From the NCBI GenBank assembly GCA_964465935.1, contig CAYXMO010000001.1, positions 1-49,714 on the forward strand: a stretch of 49,714 nucleotides of DNA, read 5' to 3'. Of this stretch, positions 19,379-29,198 are shown piece by piece (the first letter of the stretch is position 1; each line of letters starts with the position of its first letter). The translations under genes were made by a program, and so were the position numbers. This DNA comes from an uncultured Rhizobium sp. (lineage in GTDB: Bacteria > Pseudomonadota > Alphaproteobacteria > Micropepsales > Micropepsaceae). The notes under the pieces are model-generated. The model was not told the DNA's origin. It saw only the letters and a list, made by a program, of their open reading frames with translations, and ran no database searches.

Positions 19379-21259
19379 TCAGGACGGCCGTGCGCCAAAT
19401 CCGCGCAAGAACTCTTCGAGATTGATCAGAGTCCAGATCGCCGACTCGTGGTTCTTGCGCAATTCGTTGTGCTCGGCGAGCAGGCGGCGGATCAGGCCGT
19501 GATCGAGCAGCGCCGAAATTCTCGCGCCCGGATCGAGCAGGAGATCGGACACGTATTTCCGCATCGAGGTGCGGAACCAGACGCCGACCGGAACCCGGAA
19601 GCCGACCTTCCTGCGGCGCAGGATCTCGCCCGGCAGGACGTCCGCCATCGCGGAACGCAGGACACGTTTGCCGCCGGTGCCGCCGGTGAAGAAGTCTTCC
19701 GGGAACCCGGCCACGGTCTCGGCGAGCGTCACGTCCATGAACGGCATCCGCCCCTCGATGGCGGCGGCCATCATCATCCGATCGGCGCGTTCCAGAAGAT
19801 TGTCGGGCAAATACGAGGTCTGGTCGAAATGCTGCATGCGCCGCGTCGGGCTGGATGACGCGCTCGAAAACGGAAACGGATCGAGCGCGCGCCGCGCCGC
19901 GCCGTCCAGCAGCAGCCGGTCGCGCTGGTCGGGCTCCATCGCGGCGAACCAGCCCAGCATCCGCGCCTGAAAGTCCGTTTCCGTGGCGGCGCGCGCCAGA
20001 ATCTGCAGCCGGCGGCCGCGGTCGCCGAGCGCTTCGGCCGAGCGCCGGATCAGGTTCCGGGCCGCCGCCGGCGCCGAGCGCTGGAAGGAGTGTATCCAGG
20101 GCTCGGCCCGGTACTTGGGATAGCCGGCCAGCAATTCGTCGGCGCCTTCGCCGGTCAGCACCATCTTCACGCTGCTGGTCGCGGCACGCGACAGTTCGAG
20201 CATGGGAATGTCCGCCGGCTCGGACAAGGGCGCGCCGCGATATCGTATCGCATCGGCGATCCGGTCCTGGACGATGCGCCAATCGATGATCAACTCGTGA
20301 TGCTCGGCCGAGATCAGGCTGGCGACTTCGCGGGCATAGCGCAGCTCGGAATACTCCTCCTCGTGGAACCCCACCGAGAAGGTCTTGACCGGCTGCGCCA
20401 TCTGGCGCGCCATCAACACCGCGATGGACGACGAATCCAGGCCGCCGGAGAGAAAGACGCCGAACGGCGCATCGCTGCGCAGGCGCAGGCGCACCGACTC
20501 TTCGAGCGTGGCGCGGAAAAGCCGCGTCGCTTCGCCGAAGTCGCGCACGGTTGCGGGGCGCTCGCCGGCGGTGGGCGGCGTGTAGTAGCGGCGAACCGCG
20601 GTCCGACCGTCCTGCCAGACGGCGACATGGCCCGGCGGCAGCTTCTTGATCCCGGCATAGAAGGTGTGCGGGCCGGGCACGTAGCGGCTGAGCAGATAGT
20701 CGCGCACCGAGGCCGAATCGAGCTGGTTCTCGACCATGCCGGATTGCGCGATCGCCGCGATCTCCGAGGCGAAGATCAGGCCGTCGCCGGACGGCACGAT
20801 GAAGAGCGGCTTTTTCCCGAACGGATCGCGGACCAACAGCAGCTTGCGTTCCTGATCGTCCCACAACGAGAAGGCGAACATGCCGCGCAGCTTGGGCAAG
20901 GCCGCCTCGCCCCATACGATGCAGGCAACCAGCAGGACCTCGGTATCCGACTGCGATTTGAAGGTCTGGCCGAGCGCTTCGAGTTCGCGGCGCAGCTCGA
21001 CATAGTTGTAGATCTCGCCGTTGAGCGACAGAACCCAGCGATTGTCGCGCACCATCGGCTGATTGCCGCCGGCGGTCAGGTCGATGATGGCGAGGCGCCG
21101 ATGGCCGAAGCCCACCTGCCAATCCGTATGCGGATCGGTCGACTGCCAGGTGCCGCGGCCATCGGGCCCGCGATGCGCCAGAACATCGGTTAAGCTTTGA
21201 AGTTGCTGAAGGGGTATTCTAGGCTGGCCCGGAAGCACGTATCCAAATATGCCGCACAA
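19379..21259 (-). CDS. asnB: Asparagine-synthase-type glutamine amidotransferase; TTG start places the catalytic Cys at residue 2
   Basis: (M)CGIFG, HRGPD, GHRRLAIIDL, NGEIYNY, RDPFGKKPL, LSGGLDSS, LTGEGADE. Confidence 0.93.
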   Translation of the reverse strand: MCGIFGYVLPGQPRIPLQQLQSLTDVLAHRGPDGRGTWQSTDPHTDWQVGFGHRRLAIIDLTAGGNQPMVRDNRWVLSLNGEIYNYVELRRELEALGQTFKSQSDTEVLLVACIVWGEAALPKLRGMFAFSLWDDQERKLLLVRDPFGKKPLFIVPSGDGLIFASEIAAIAQSGMVENQLDSASVRDYLLSRYVPGPHTFYAGIKKLPPGHVAVWQDGRTAVRRYYTPPTAGERPATVRDFGEATRLFRATLEESVRLRLRSDAPFGVFLSGGLDSSSIAVLMARQMAQPVKTFSVGFHEEEYSELRYAREVASLISAEHHELIIDWRIVQDRIADAIRYRGAPLSEPADIPMLELSRAATSSVKMVLTGEGADELLAGYPKYRAEPWIHSFQRSAPAAARNLIRRSAEALGDRGRRLQILARAATETDFQARMLGWFAAMEPDQRDRLLLDGAARRALDPFPFSSASSSPTRRMQHFDQTSYLPDNLLERADRMMMAAAIEGRMPFMDVTLAETVAGFPEDFFTGGTGGKRVLRSAMADVLPGEILRRRKVGFRVPVGVWFRTSMRKYVSDLLLDPGARISALLDHGLIRRLLAEHNELRKNHESAIWTLINLEEFLRGFGARPS

Positions 21260-21482
21260 ATTTTCCCCCGAGACGATTGGCATAGTTGGTCTGCGGCATC
21301 GGCGACTTCGCCGGTCTGCGACCTATGGCCGACTGGAATGCATATCGCTTGTAGTGAGAACGCACCGCGCGATGAGACCATCGTCAACTTGGAGTGTCAA
21401 CGCACGCAGCACTTAAGAATTTTTCATTGCAAGGTGAACGATAAAATCGGCCGACTATAGTGAGCTGGGAGCGCGTTCTTAG

Positions 21483-22448
21483 GTGTTGATCGACGTCGTA
21501 ATTCCAACGGTGGACCGCGACGAACTGTTAAGGCGCGCCATCCAGGGTGTTCGCAATCAAGATTTGTCCAAAGTCACGGCCAGGATAATCGTCATCGACA
21601 ATTCACCCGACGGCAGGCAGCGCGCGGTGGTCGACACGCTCGACAATGCCACCGCGTCCACCATCGAGATACGCTATGTTCATGAACCGCGGCCCGGCCT
21701 CGCCTATGCGCGCAACCGCGGCGTGGCGGAATCGGACGGCGACTTCGTCGTCTTTCTCGACGACGACGAGTGTCCGGTAGAGCGGACCTGGCTCTCCAAT
21801 CTCGCCGCAGCCGCCGTGAAAACCGGAGCCGACGCCGCCTTTGGCGCCGTCATCCCGCAATTTGAAACTGCGCCGGCACGCTTCGCCGGCTTCGTCACGT
21901 CGCTCTATACGCGGCAGATGGCGAGGCCCGGCCTGTCCGACATCACCGGATCGGTGTCTTCGCTGGGAACCGGCAATTCCTGTTTTCGCCGCCGATCTTG
22001 TTTTCCGCCGGGAGAAGAACCGTTCCGTCACATGTTCGACAAGACCGGCGGCGAGGATGTCGACCTTCTGTATCGTCTGCAAAGCCGGGGGAAGCGCTTT
22101 GCGTGGGCCGCGGATGCCGGCGTTCGCGAATTCGTTCCGCAATCGCGATTGAGCGCGAAATACCTTTCCGACCGGCGCTTCCGGCAGGGACAACAGCGCG
22201 CCTATCTGCAGATCGCGTCGCCGCCTCGGCGCTACGACGCACTCTTGTTCTGGATGGCGGCCGGCGCCATGCAGGCCGCCTATCACGGCCTCGCGAAACT
22301 TCTCTCGCGTCTGTTGGGCATGGAGGAGGCCGCGGCGCGCCATGGCGTGCAGTATTGGGGAGGCGTGGGGAAAATCCTGTGGCAGTCGGGGTATCGGCGC
22401 GATCAGTACGGCATGCAAAAAGACGGGGTCAAAGGGCGAGTGACATAG
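21483..22448 (+). CDS. Glycosyltransferase family 2 (ExoM-like)
   Basis: VVIPT..R, IIVIDN, GLAYARN, FLDDDE, GTGNS, TGGED. Confidence 0.9.
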   Translation: MLIDVVIPTVDRDELLRRAIQGVRNQDLSKVTARIIVIDNSPDGRQRAVVDTLDNATASTIEIRYVHEPRPGLAYARNRGVAESDGDFVVFLDDDECPVERTWLSNLAAAAVKTGADAAFGAVIPQFETAPARFAGFVTSLYTRQMARPGLSDITGSVSSLGTGNSCFRRRSCFPPGEEPFRHMFDKTGGEDVDLLYRLQSRGKRFAWAADAGVREFVPQSRLSAKYLSDRRFRQGQQRAYLQIASPPRRYDALLFWMAAGAMQAAYHGLAKLLSRLLGMEEAAARHGVQYWGGVGKILWQSGYRRDQYGMQKDGVKGRVT

Positions 22449-22449
22449 C

Positions 22450-23460
22450 ATGGCCTGGAACCCCGACATCGTTGCCACCGCGCTGACCGCGCTGCGCCGG
22501 TGGCGCCATGGGTTCGCCGTTGCAGCAATTGCCCTTCTCGTGCCCATCGCCTTGTGGCTGTTGGGCTGGCTGTCGATCGGAGACGACTGGCTGCCGGTGC
22601 GCTGGGGCGCTTTCGTCGCGCCCTGGCTCGCCCTGCTCGCGCTCCTGGCGGGCTGCTGCCTCTGGCTGTCCGGACGGCACTGGTTCGCCGCGCCGGCCGT
22701 GGTCCTCGTGATCCTGATTTTGCTGCCGGTCATGCCCCGGTTGAACCCGGCGCGCTGGGCGACCTCGACCGAAACCGGCGACCTTCGCGTCATGACATTC
22801 AACACGAGCGTCGCAAACAGCGACTTCGCGGCGATCGCCCGCCTCATCGTTCGGGAGCGGCCGGACGTCGTGTTGCTGCAGCAACTGGGTAGCCTCTCGG
22901 CGCTCGATGCCGAACTGAGCCGCCTGCCCGGCCACATCCGCTATTTTCACGCCCCCGACCGCTTGGCCGACACCATCATTCTTTCGCGCTTCAAGCTCTC
23001 CCAGACCAAGGAATTCTTCCAGCGCGTGACCGCCGTCGCGCCGATCCATGGCTGCCAAGTGCGGCTTTGGGACTACCACGCGCCGCACGGCCAATATGGC
23101 GCGGCGGAACAGGCCGTTTACTTTCAGGAAATCGGACAGGCCCTCAGAGACGAGAAACTGCCCGTGATCGCCGGCGGCGACCTGAACAGCACCGAGTTCA
23201 ACTCCGTTCAGGCGCCGCTGAGAAACGAGTTGAAAGACGTCTTCACCGAGGTGGGCGCCGGATTCGGATTTACCTTTCCATCGCCGATCCGCCGCTTCGG
23301 CTGGCTGGGATCGCTGTTTCGCATCGATCATATTCTTGATAGAAGTTTGCAGCCGGCGGCGGCGTGGACCGTCGGCGACAGCGCCGGTTCGGATCACTTC
23401 CCCGTCATGGCGACGTTCTGGATCGGAACCCCGTGCCGAAGGCCCGATGCGCAAAATTAG
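22450..23460 (+). CDS. Membrane-anchored endonuclease/exonuclease/phosphatase (EEP) family protein
   Basis: Three N-terminal TMs; LRVMTFN, PDVVLLQQ, GGDLNST, RIDHI, GSDHFPV. Confidence 0.85.
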   Translation: MAWNPDIVATALTALRRWRHGFAVAAIALLVPIALWLLGWLSIGDDWLPVRWGAFVAPWLALLALLAGCCLWLSGRHWFAAPAVVLVILILLPVMPRLNPARWATSTETGDLRVMTFNTSVANSDFAAIARLIVRERPDVVLLQQLGSLSALDAELSRLPGHIRYFHAPDRLADTIILSRFKLSQTKEFFQRVTAVAPIHGCQVRLWDYHAPHGQYGAAEQAVYFQEIGQALRDEKLPVIAGGDLNSTEFNSVQAPLRNELKDVFTEVGAGFGFTFPSPIRRFGWLGSLFRIDHILDRSLQPAAAWTVGDSAGSDHFPVMATFWIGTPCRRPDAQN

Positions 23461-23585
23461 TTCGACGCCGGCGAGACTTTGGTTGGGTAGATTTCGTGCG
23501 GATGAGCGGCCGGCTTGAACTCTCCTTCTCTTCGGACGCGGCGGCGCGGCGCCGGGCAGAGACCATGCCGGGGTGCGCCTGAGTC

Positions 23586-24473
23586 ATGCTTCTGCGGCAC
23601 GCTCTCCTCACGCGGTTCAATCTGCCGACACCGGGTCACGAAGGGCTGATCCGCGCCTCCGCGCGCTGGCTGGAGGATCGCTTCGACCTGTTCGAGCGCT
23701 ATTGCCTGCCGTCCGTCCAGTCGCAGACCTGCAAGGATTTTCGCTGGATCATCTACTTCGACCCGGAGACCCCGGGCTGGGCGAAAGACAAGATCGCCGC
23801 CTACCAGGGTTTGGGCTTCTTCCACCCGGTCTTCCGCGTCTCGGTGCCCAAGCCGATACTCCTTGCCGATATCGGAGCGGCCGTGGGAACCCAATACGAG
23901 CAGCTGTTGACCACCAGCCTCGACAATGACGACATGCTTGCCCGCACCTTCGTTGAAAGATTGCAGCAAGCCGCGGCGAGCGGGTGCCGCGAGCGCACCG
24001 TGCTTAACTTTCCCGAAGGATATACATTCGCCGGCGGCAGACTGTATCGCCACCGCGACGCCAGCAATGCTTTTGCCTCGATGTGCGAGCCGCCGCAAGA
24101 CGCGCTGACGATCTGGCACGACTGGCACACGCATCTGTCGCGCCACGCGCCGATCGTCCAGCTTCCGCCGGAATCCGCCTGGGTTCAGGTCATCCATGGG
24201 CGCAACGTCAGCAACCGGGTGCGCGGGTGGCTGGTCGATCCGGCGCTCGGCAGGCGGCTCTTTGCCTTTCGTCAGGAAGAACTGCAGCCGCAGACGGCCA
24301 TGGCCCTCATGGCCGATCGGCTTCGCTTCCTGGCCATTCGACAGCCGCGCGAATGGGCCAGACGCCTGGCGCGAACGATCATCACCGCAATTCTCCCCAG
24401 GGAGTCGTTGGCGGCGATAAAGCTGCGGTTCATGCGACTCCGCGGGACCCTGTTGGGAGAAGGACGGCCGTGA
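23586..24473 (+). CDS. Putative rhamnosyltransferase (Rhamno_transf/DUF3118-like)
   Basis: LTRFN, WLEDRFDLFERYCLPSV.SQT..DFRW, TTSLDNDD, QVIHGRN. Confidence 0.78.
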   Translation: MLLRHALLTRFNLPTPGHEGLIRASARWLEDRFDLFERYCLPSVQSQTCKDFRWIIYFDPETPGWAKDKIAAYQGLGFFHPVFRVSVPKPILLADIGAAVGTQYEQLLTTSLDNDDMLARTFVERLQQAAASGCRERTVLNFPEGYTFAGGRLYRHRDASNAFASMCEPPQDALTIWHDWHTHLSRHAPIVQLPPESAWVQVIHGRNVSNRVRGWLVDPALGRRLFAFRQEELQPQTAMALMADRLRFLAIRQPREWARRLARTIITAILPRESLAAIKLRFMRLRGTLLGEGRP

Positions 24474-24491
24474 CACGGAGGACGCATCGCA

Positions 24492-25304
24492 ATGGTTGAG
24501 CTGGCCTTACTCCCGCGCCTGCGCGCGCAGCTGAAGCAATTCCAGCGAACCGGCCGCGCCAAGCCGTTGGTCAATCTGGCGCGCAATTCGCTGCTCACCT
24601 ACAAGGGCGCCAGGGATCTGTTCCAGGTGCCGGCGGCGCTCGCGCGTTTGAAGAAGGACGTCGCCGGCCGGGCCCCGGCCGATTGCGTCGAGCTGGTCTT
24701 CGACCGCTTCGGCGGCCTGCTGCAGCCCTATCAGAACCGGCAGGAGATCGGCCGGGCGATCCAGCGGGCGAGCGCGCTAAAGCCCGCCAAGGTTCTGGAG
24801 ATCGGAACGGCGCGCGGCGGCACGCTGTTTCTGCTGTCGCGCGCGGCGGCGCCGGACGCGACTCTCGTCAGCATCGACTTGCCCGGCGGCATGTATGGCG
24901 GCGGCTACCCGGCCTGGAAGGGGCGATTCTTCCGCTGGATGATCGAGCCGCGGCAGACCCTGCATCTGTTGCGGATGAATTCGCACGATCCCAAGACCGT
25001 CGACGAAGCGCGGCGCCGCCTCGGCGGCGCGGTCGACCTGCTCTTCATCGACGCCGACCACTCCTATGCCGGCGTCAAGCAGGACTTCTTTCTCTACCGC
25101 GAGTTGGTCCGCGAGGGCGGGCTGATATTCTTTCACGACATCCTGGAAAACAGATTCGATCCCGACATCAGCGTGGCGCCGTTCTGGAACGAGCTGCGCG
25201 AGACCTGTCAAACCGAGGAAATCGTCGAGGACCGCCAGCAGGGCGTGTTCGGAATCGGCATCGTCGTGGCGCCGCGGATCTGGCCGAAGGAACCCGCGCG
25301 GTGA
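24492..25304 (+). CDS. Class I SAM methyltransferase (Methyltransf_24-like), probable glycan O-methyltransferase
   Basis: LEIGTARGGT, SIDLP, LFIDADHSY.GV..DF, GGLIFFHD. Confidence 0.88.
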   Translation: MVELALLPRLRAQLKQFQRTGRAKPLVNLARNSLLTYKGARDLFQVPAALARLKKDVAGRAPADCVELVFDRFGGLLQPYQNRQEIGRAIQRASALKPAKVLEIGTARGGTLFLLSRAAAPDATLVSIDLPGGMYGGGYPAWKGRFFRWMIEPRQTLHLLRMNSHDPKTVDEARRRLGGAVDLLFIDADHSYAGVKQDFFLYRELVREGGLIFFHDILENRFDPDISVAPFWNELRETCQTEEIVEDRQQGVFGIGIVVAPRIWPKEPAR

Positions 25305-25407
25305 GCGCCGCCGCCGGCAGCCTTTCTCGCCGTTTGGCGGCGTTCGGGGCCGCGTTGTGCTACAATGAAGGATCGAACCTGCGATCTTTTTCACGGAGGA
25401 CGCTGCC

Positions 25408-26154
25408 TTGACCGCGCATGCGACGGCCCTCGTCGATCCCGGCGCCGAGATCGGCGAGGATGTCGAAATCGGCGCTTTCACGATCGTGCATGCAAACGCC
25501 CGCATCGGCGCGGGAAGCCACATCGGAAGCCATTGCGAAATCGGATATCCGTCCGCCTTGGCGGATGGACTTCCGCTCATCATCGGCGCCAATGCGCTGA
25601 TCCGTTCGCACAGCGTCCTGTACCAGGGTTCCACATTCGGCGACGGATTGGTGACGGGACATCGCGTCACGGTGCGGGAAAAGACCATCGCAGGCGCGGG
25701 CTTTCAGATCGGAACGCTTTCGGACATCCAGGGCCATTGCCGGATCGGCGAACATGTCCGCACCCACAGCAACGTCCATATCGGGCAGCATTCGACGGTG
25801 GGAAATTTCGTTTGGATTTTCCCTTATGTCGTTCTGACCAACGATCCGCATCCGCCCAGCCATTGCATGGAAGGCGTCACGATAGGCGATTTCGCGGTGA
25901 TCGCGACCATGAGCGTGGTGCTGCCCGGCGTCACGGTCGGAAAGGGCGCGCTGATCGGAGCGTCCAGCCTGGTGTCGCAGGATGTCGGCGCGGACCGGAT
26001 ATTCGCGGGGGCTCCGGCGGCGGACCGCGGACCCACCGCCCGCATCAAGCTGCGTGACGGTTCGCAACAGCCGGCCTATCCCTGGCGGCGGCATTTCCAT
26101 CGCGGATATCCCGCGGAGCTTGTCGCGCAGTGGATCGCGGAGATTCCGTCCTAG
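25408..26154 (+). CDS. Hexapeptide-repeat N-acyltransferase (QdtC/WxcM-like)
   Basis: HATALVDPGAEIG hexapeptide repeats, VVLTNDPHPP, LPGVTVG.GALIGA.S.V; TTG start after GGAGG. Confidence 0.85.
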   Translation: MTAHATALVDPGAEIGEDVEIGAFTIVHANARIGAGSHIGSHCEIGYPSALADGLPLIIGANALIRSHSVLYQGSTFGDGLVTGHRVTVREKTIAGAGFQIGTLSDIQGHCRIGEHVRTHSNVHIGQHSTVGNFVWIFPYVVLTNDPHPPSHCMEGVTIGDFAVIATMSVVLPGVTVGKGALIGASSLVSQDVGADRIFAGAPAADRGPTARIKLRDGSQQPAYPWRRHFHRGYPAELVAQWIAEIPS

Positions 26155-27650
26155 CGCCGCGGCCGTTTTGCCAGCGCCCGCAGCCGCGCGACCACCGGTG
26201 CGAAGCGGCCAAGCGCTGCATCGGCAGTGCCGAGAAAATACAGCGATGTTCCCGCCGCCACGAGCGTGGCGCACGCGGTGAGGACATAGCCGAAAGGCTG
26301 GGCCAGATAGGTTGCCGCGAGCGTCGCAGTGCAAAGCCCGACACCGATGCCCCACATCAGAGCGGTCTTCCTGGCCAGGCGGAAATTCACCAATCTGCGC
26401 ACCACGACAAAGACAACCGCCAGATAAACCGCATAGCTGGCCAAATACGCGGTTCCGACGATCGGCAAGCCGTAGCTGCCGATGCCGGCAGTGACCATGA
26501 CCACATAGCTCGCGTTCCAAAGAAATTCGGTCGCGAAGAAAACCAGCGCCGCGCCGCGCGACAGCATGACGAAGGCCAGCGGCCAGGCCATGATCTTGAA
26601 GACGTCGCCGAACACCTGCCATTTGAGGACCTCGGCGGCGGGCTCGAACTTCGCACTGTAGAACACGTTGAGTATCAGCGGCGCGAACCCCATGGCGGCG
26701 ACGATCAGCGGCAGCGCCAGGGCCAAGGCAACCTGCGCCTGGTGGTTGATCATCTCGCGGGCGCGCGGCGGATCGGCAATCGCGGCGGTGAGACGGGGAT
26801 AGTAGTCGCCGCCCATGGATTGCAGCACGAAGCCGACATAGGTCGACGAGATGAGCGTGACGGCCTGGAAATAGCCGGCGCCGGCCAGCCCCAGGCGATC
26901 CGATAGCGTCGTGCGGATGATCAGGAAGGCGACGCTCTGCAATATCGACGAAACCATGAACGCCAGGCCAAGACGCAAGATGGGCCAAGCATGCGCCGAG
27001 ACATCGGACGGCGAGAGACGGACCGGCGCGGCCGGCGTTCGCCGCAAATAGAGCCACGCCACCAGCGACAGCGCGATGGGGATCTGCAAGACGGAAAGAA
27101 ATATCCCCTGCGGTCCCAGCAGCCAAATCGTCAGCACGGCCGTCACCGAGCCCAAGGCCGTGCCGATAAGCCCGGCGCGCGCAAACTGGCCCGTCAGGCG
27201 CATTCCCTGAAGCACGGCGATGCCGATCGTGTTCAGGATCGTGGCCGCGACGCCGATGCCGAGCCAGCCCACCTCCGTGGCCTTGCCCGGCAAATGGAGC
27301 ACGATGCCGGCGATCGGCGTTCTAAGGCTCCAAACCAGCACCGCCGCCAGCGGCGCAATCACGAAGGCAAGCGCGGCGATCACCTTTCGCACCCGCGCCG
27401 CTTTCAGCAAATCGTCGCCGGCCGCGGCGATCTCGCGCACCGCGCTGCTGGAGATGCCCAGGCCCAGCAGCGTCGCCGCGGTCATGATCAGATTGGTGTA
27501 GAGACCCGACAAGCCGACGCCCGCGGGGCCCAGGAAGACGGCGAAGAATTTCATGCGGCCGATGCCGAGCGCCACCGTCAGCAGTGAAGCGCTGCCGATG
27601 AGAGCCGTCGCGCGCAGAATCTGCCGATAGCCTTGGCGGCCGTCGGTCAT
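26151..27650 (-). CDS. wzx: O-unit flippase (Wzx/WzxE-like)
   Basis: About 12 TMs; RMKFFAVFLGPAGVG, AGYFQA, DYYPRL, GDVFKI.AW. Confidence 0.88.
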   Translation of the reverse strand: MTDGRQGYRQILRATALIGSASLLTVALGIGRMKFFAVFLGPAGVGLSGLYTNLIMTAATLLGLGISSSAVREIAAAGDDLLKAARVRKVIAALAFVIAPLAAVLVWSLRTPIAGIVLHLPGKATEVGWLGIGVAATILNTIGIAVLQGMRLTGQFARAGLIGTALGSVTAVLTIWLLGPQGIFLSVLQIPIALSLVAWLYLRRTPAAPVRLSPSDVSAHAWPILRLGLAFMVSSILQSVAFLIIRTTLSDRLGLAGAGYFQAVTLISSTYVGFVLQSMGGDYYPRLTAAIADPPRAREMINHQAQVALALALPLIVAAMGFAPLILNVFYSAKFEPAAEVLKWQVFGDVFKIMAWPLAFVMLSRGAALVFFATEFLWNASYVVMVTAGIGSYGLPIVGTAYLASYAVYLAVVFVVVRRLVNFRLARKTALMWGIGVGLCTATLAATYLAQPFGYVLTACATLVAAGTSLYFLGTADAALGRFAPVVARLRALAKRPRR

Positions 27651-28747
27651 GGCTTCCAGCGCCGGATGGCGCCGATCACGGCGTCCTGCTCGTCGTCCGA
27701 CAGCTGCGGCGAAATCGGAAGGCTCAAGACCTCGCGCGCCAAGGTCTCGGCGAGCGGAAAATCGCCGGGCGCATAGCCGCTGTCACCATAGGCGCCTTGG
27801 AGGTGGGGCGGGATCGGATAATGCACGAGCGTCCCGATGCCTTCCTTGGCGAGATGGCGCTGAAGCCCGTCGCGGTCCTGCACCCGAACCACAAACTGAT
27901 GCCAAACGCTCTCGCACCATTGCGGCGACGCCGGGAGCGCGATGCCGTCTTGCCGCAACGCCGCCAGATAGCGGCGCGCCAGAACCCGGCGCCGTTCGTT
28001 CCAGGCATCGAGATGCTTCAGCTTCACGCCGAGCACCGCCGCCTGGATGGGATCGAGCCGGCTGTTCATGCCTTGGACTTCGCAGACATATTTCTCGCGC
28101 GAGCCGTAGTTGCGCAGGACGGTGATGCGGTCGGCGACCGCCGCGTCATTGGTGGTGATGGCACCCGCGTCGCCTAGAGCACCCAAATTCTTGGTCGGAA
28201 AGAAGCTCCAGGCGACGACATCGCCATGGGTTCCGATAGGCCGCTCGCGGTACGTGGCGCCTTGCGCCTGCGCGGCGTCCTCGATCACCTTCAATCCCTG
28301 CGCGCGCGCGATTTCGAGCAGCGGGTCCAGATCGGCGGGCTGGCCATAGAGATGGACCGGCAGGAGCGCCTTGGTCCGCGCCGTGATCGCCGCCGCGACC
28401 AGGCCTGGGTCGATGTTGTGGGTGCCGGGGTCCGGCTCGACCGGAACGGGCCGGGCGCCGACACGGCTGATGGCGAGCCAGGTTGCGATATAGGTGTTGG
28501 ACGGAACGATGACCTCGTCTCCGGCGCCGATGTCGAGGGCCCGCAGCGCCAGGATGAGGGCATCGAGCCCATTGGCCACGCCAACGCAGTGGCGCGCGCC
28601 GGTATAGGCCGCGAAGTCGCTTTCGAAGCGTTCGACTTCGGGACCCAGGATGTACCAGCCCGAACGCGCGACGCGCAGAACCGCTTCGTCGATCTCGCCG
28701 CCCAAAGCGTCGTAGGATTGCTTGAGATCGAGAATGGGAACTTTCAC
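27647..28747 (-). CDS. DegT/DnrJ/EryC1/StrS sugar aminotransferase (FdtB/QdtB-like)
   Basis: SGWYILG.EV..FE, GVANGLDAL, VHLYG, EDAAQA, SFFPTKNLGA.GDAG; GTG start overlaps the upstream stop (GTGA). Confidence 0.92.
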   Translation of the reverse strand: MKVPILDLKQSYDALGGEIDEAVLRVARSGWYILGPEVERFESDFAAYTGARHCVGVANGLDALILALRALDIGAGDEVIVPSNTYIATWLAISRVGARPVPVEPDPGTHNIDPGLVAAAITARTKALLPVHLYGQPADLDPLLEIARAQGLKVIEDAAQAQGATYRERPIGTHGDVVAWSFFPTKNLGALGDAGAITTNDAAVADRITVLRNYGSREKYVCEVQGMNSRLDPIQAAVLGVKLKHLDAWNERRRVLARRYLAALRQDGIALPASPQWCESVWHQFVVRVQDRDGLQRHLAKEGIGTLVHYPIPPHLQGAYGDSGYAPGDFPLAETLAREVLSLPISPQLSDDEQDAVIGAIRRWKP

Positions 28748-29151
28748 CGCGCCACAGCTTTCAGGAACACATCGTAATCGCGATGATAGTCGCTCTCGTC
28801 GTAATAGTCGGATGCGAGGACGAGACAGACCGAGCCGGACGAGAAATTTCCCAGCTCCCGCCAAACCATGGGCGAAATATACAAGCCGTGATAGGAGCGA
28901 TTGAGGTGAAAGACCTTGCGCTCCCGGCCATCGTTCAACACGACGTCGAAGCTGCCCGACATGGCGACCACGAATTCGTGGAGCTTTCGATGCGCATGGC
29001 CGCCGCGCTCGGCGCCGCCCGGCACGTCGTAGAGGTAGTAGACGCGCTTGAAGGCGAACGGGACGTGGCGATCGGTCTCGATGAAGGTGAGATTTCCCCG
29101 CGGATCGGAGATTTTCGGCAGGTCGATAAGCTTGCACGCTTGGATTGTCAT
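28744..29151 (-). CDS. dTDP-4-keto-6-deoxyglucose 3,4-ketoisomerase (FdtA/QdtA cupin)
   Basis: DPRGNL, KRVYYLYDV, RGGHAH, LVLASDYYDESDY.RDY. Confidence 0.93.
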   Translation of the reverse strand: MTIQACKLIDLPKISDPRGNLTFIETDRHVPFAFKRVYYLYDVPGGAERGGHAHRKLHEFVVAMSGSFDVVLNDGRERKVFHLNRSYHGLYISPMVWRELGNFSSGSVCLVLASDYYDESDYHRDYDVFLKAVAR

Positions 29152-29198
29152 CTTCGCCACCTGGCTATTCGCCACTGTGTATCACCGTCGAAACTGCG

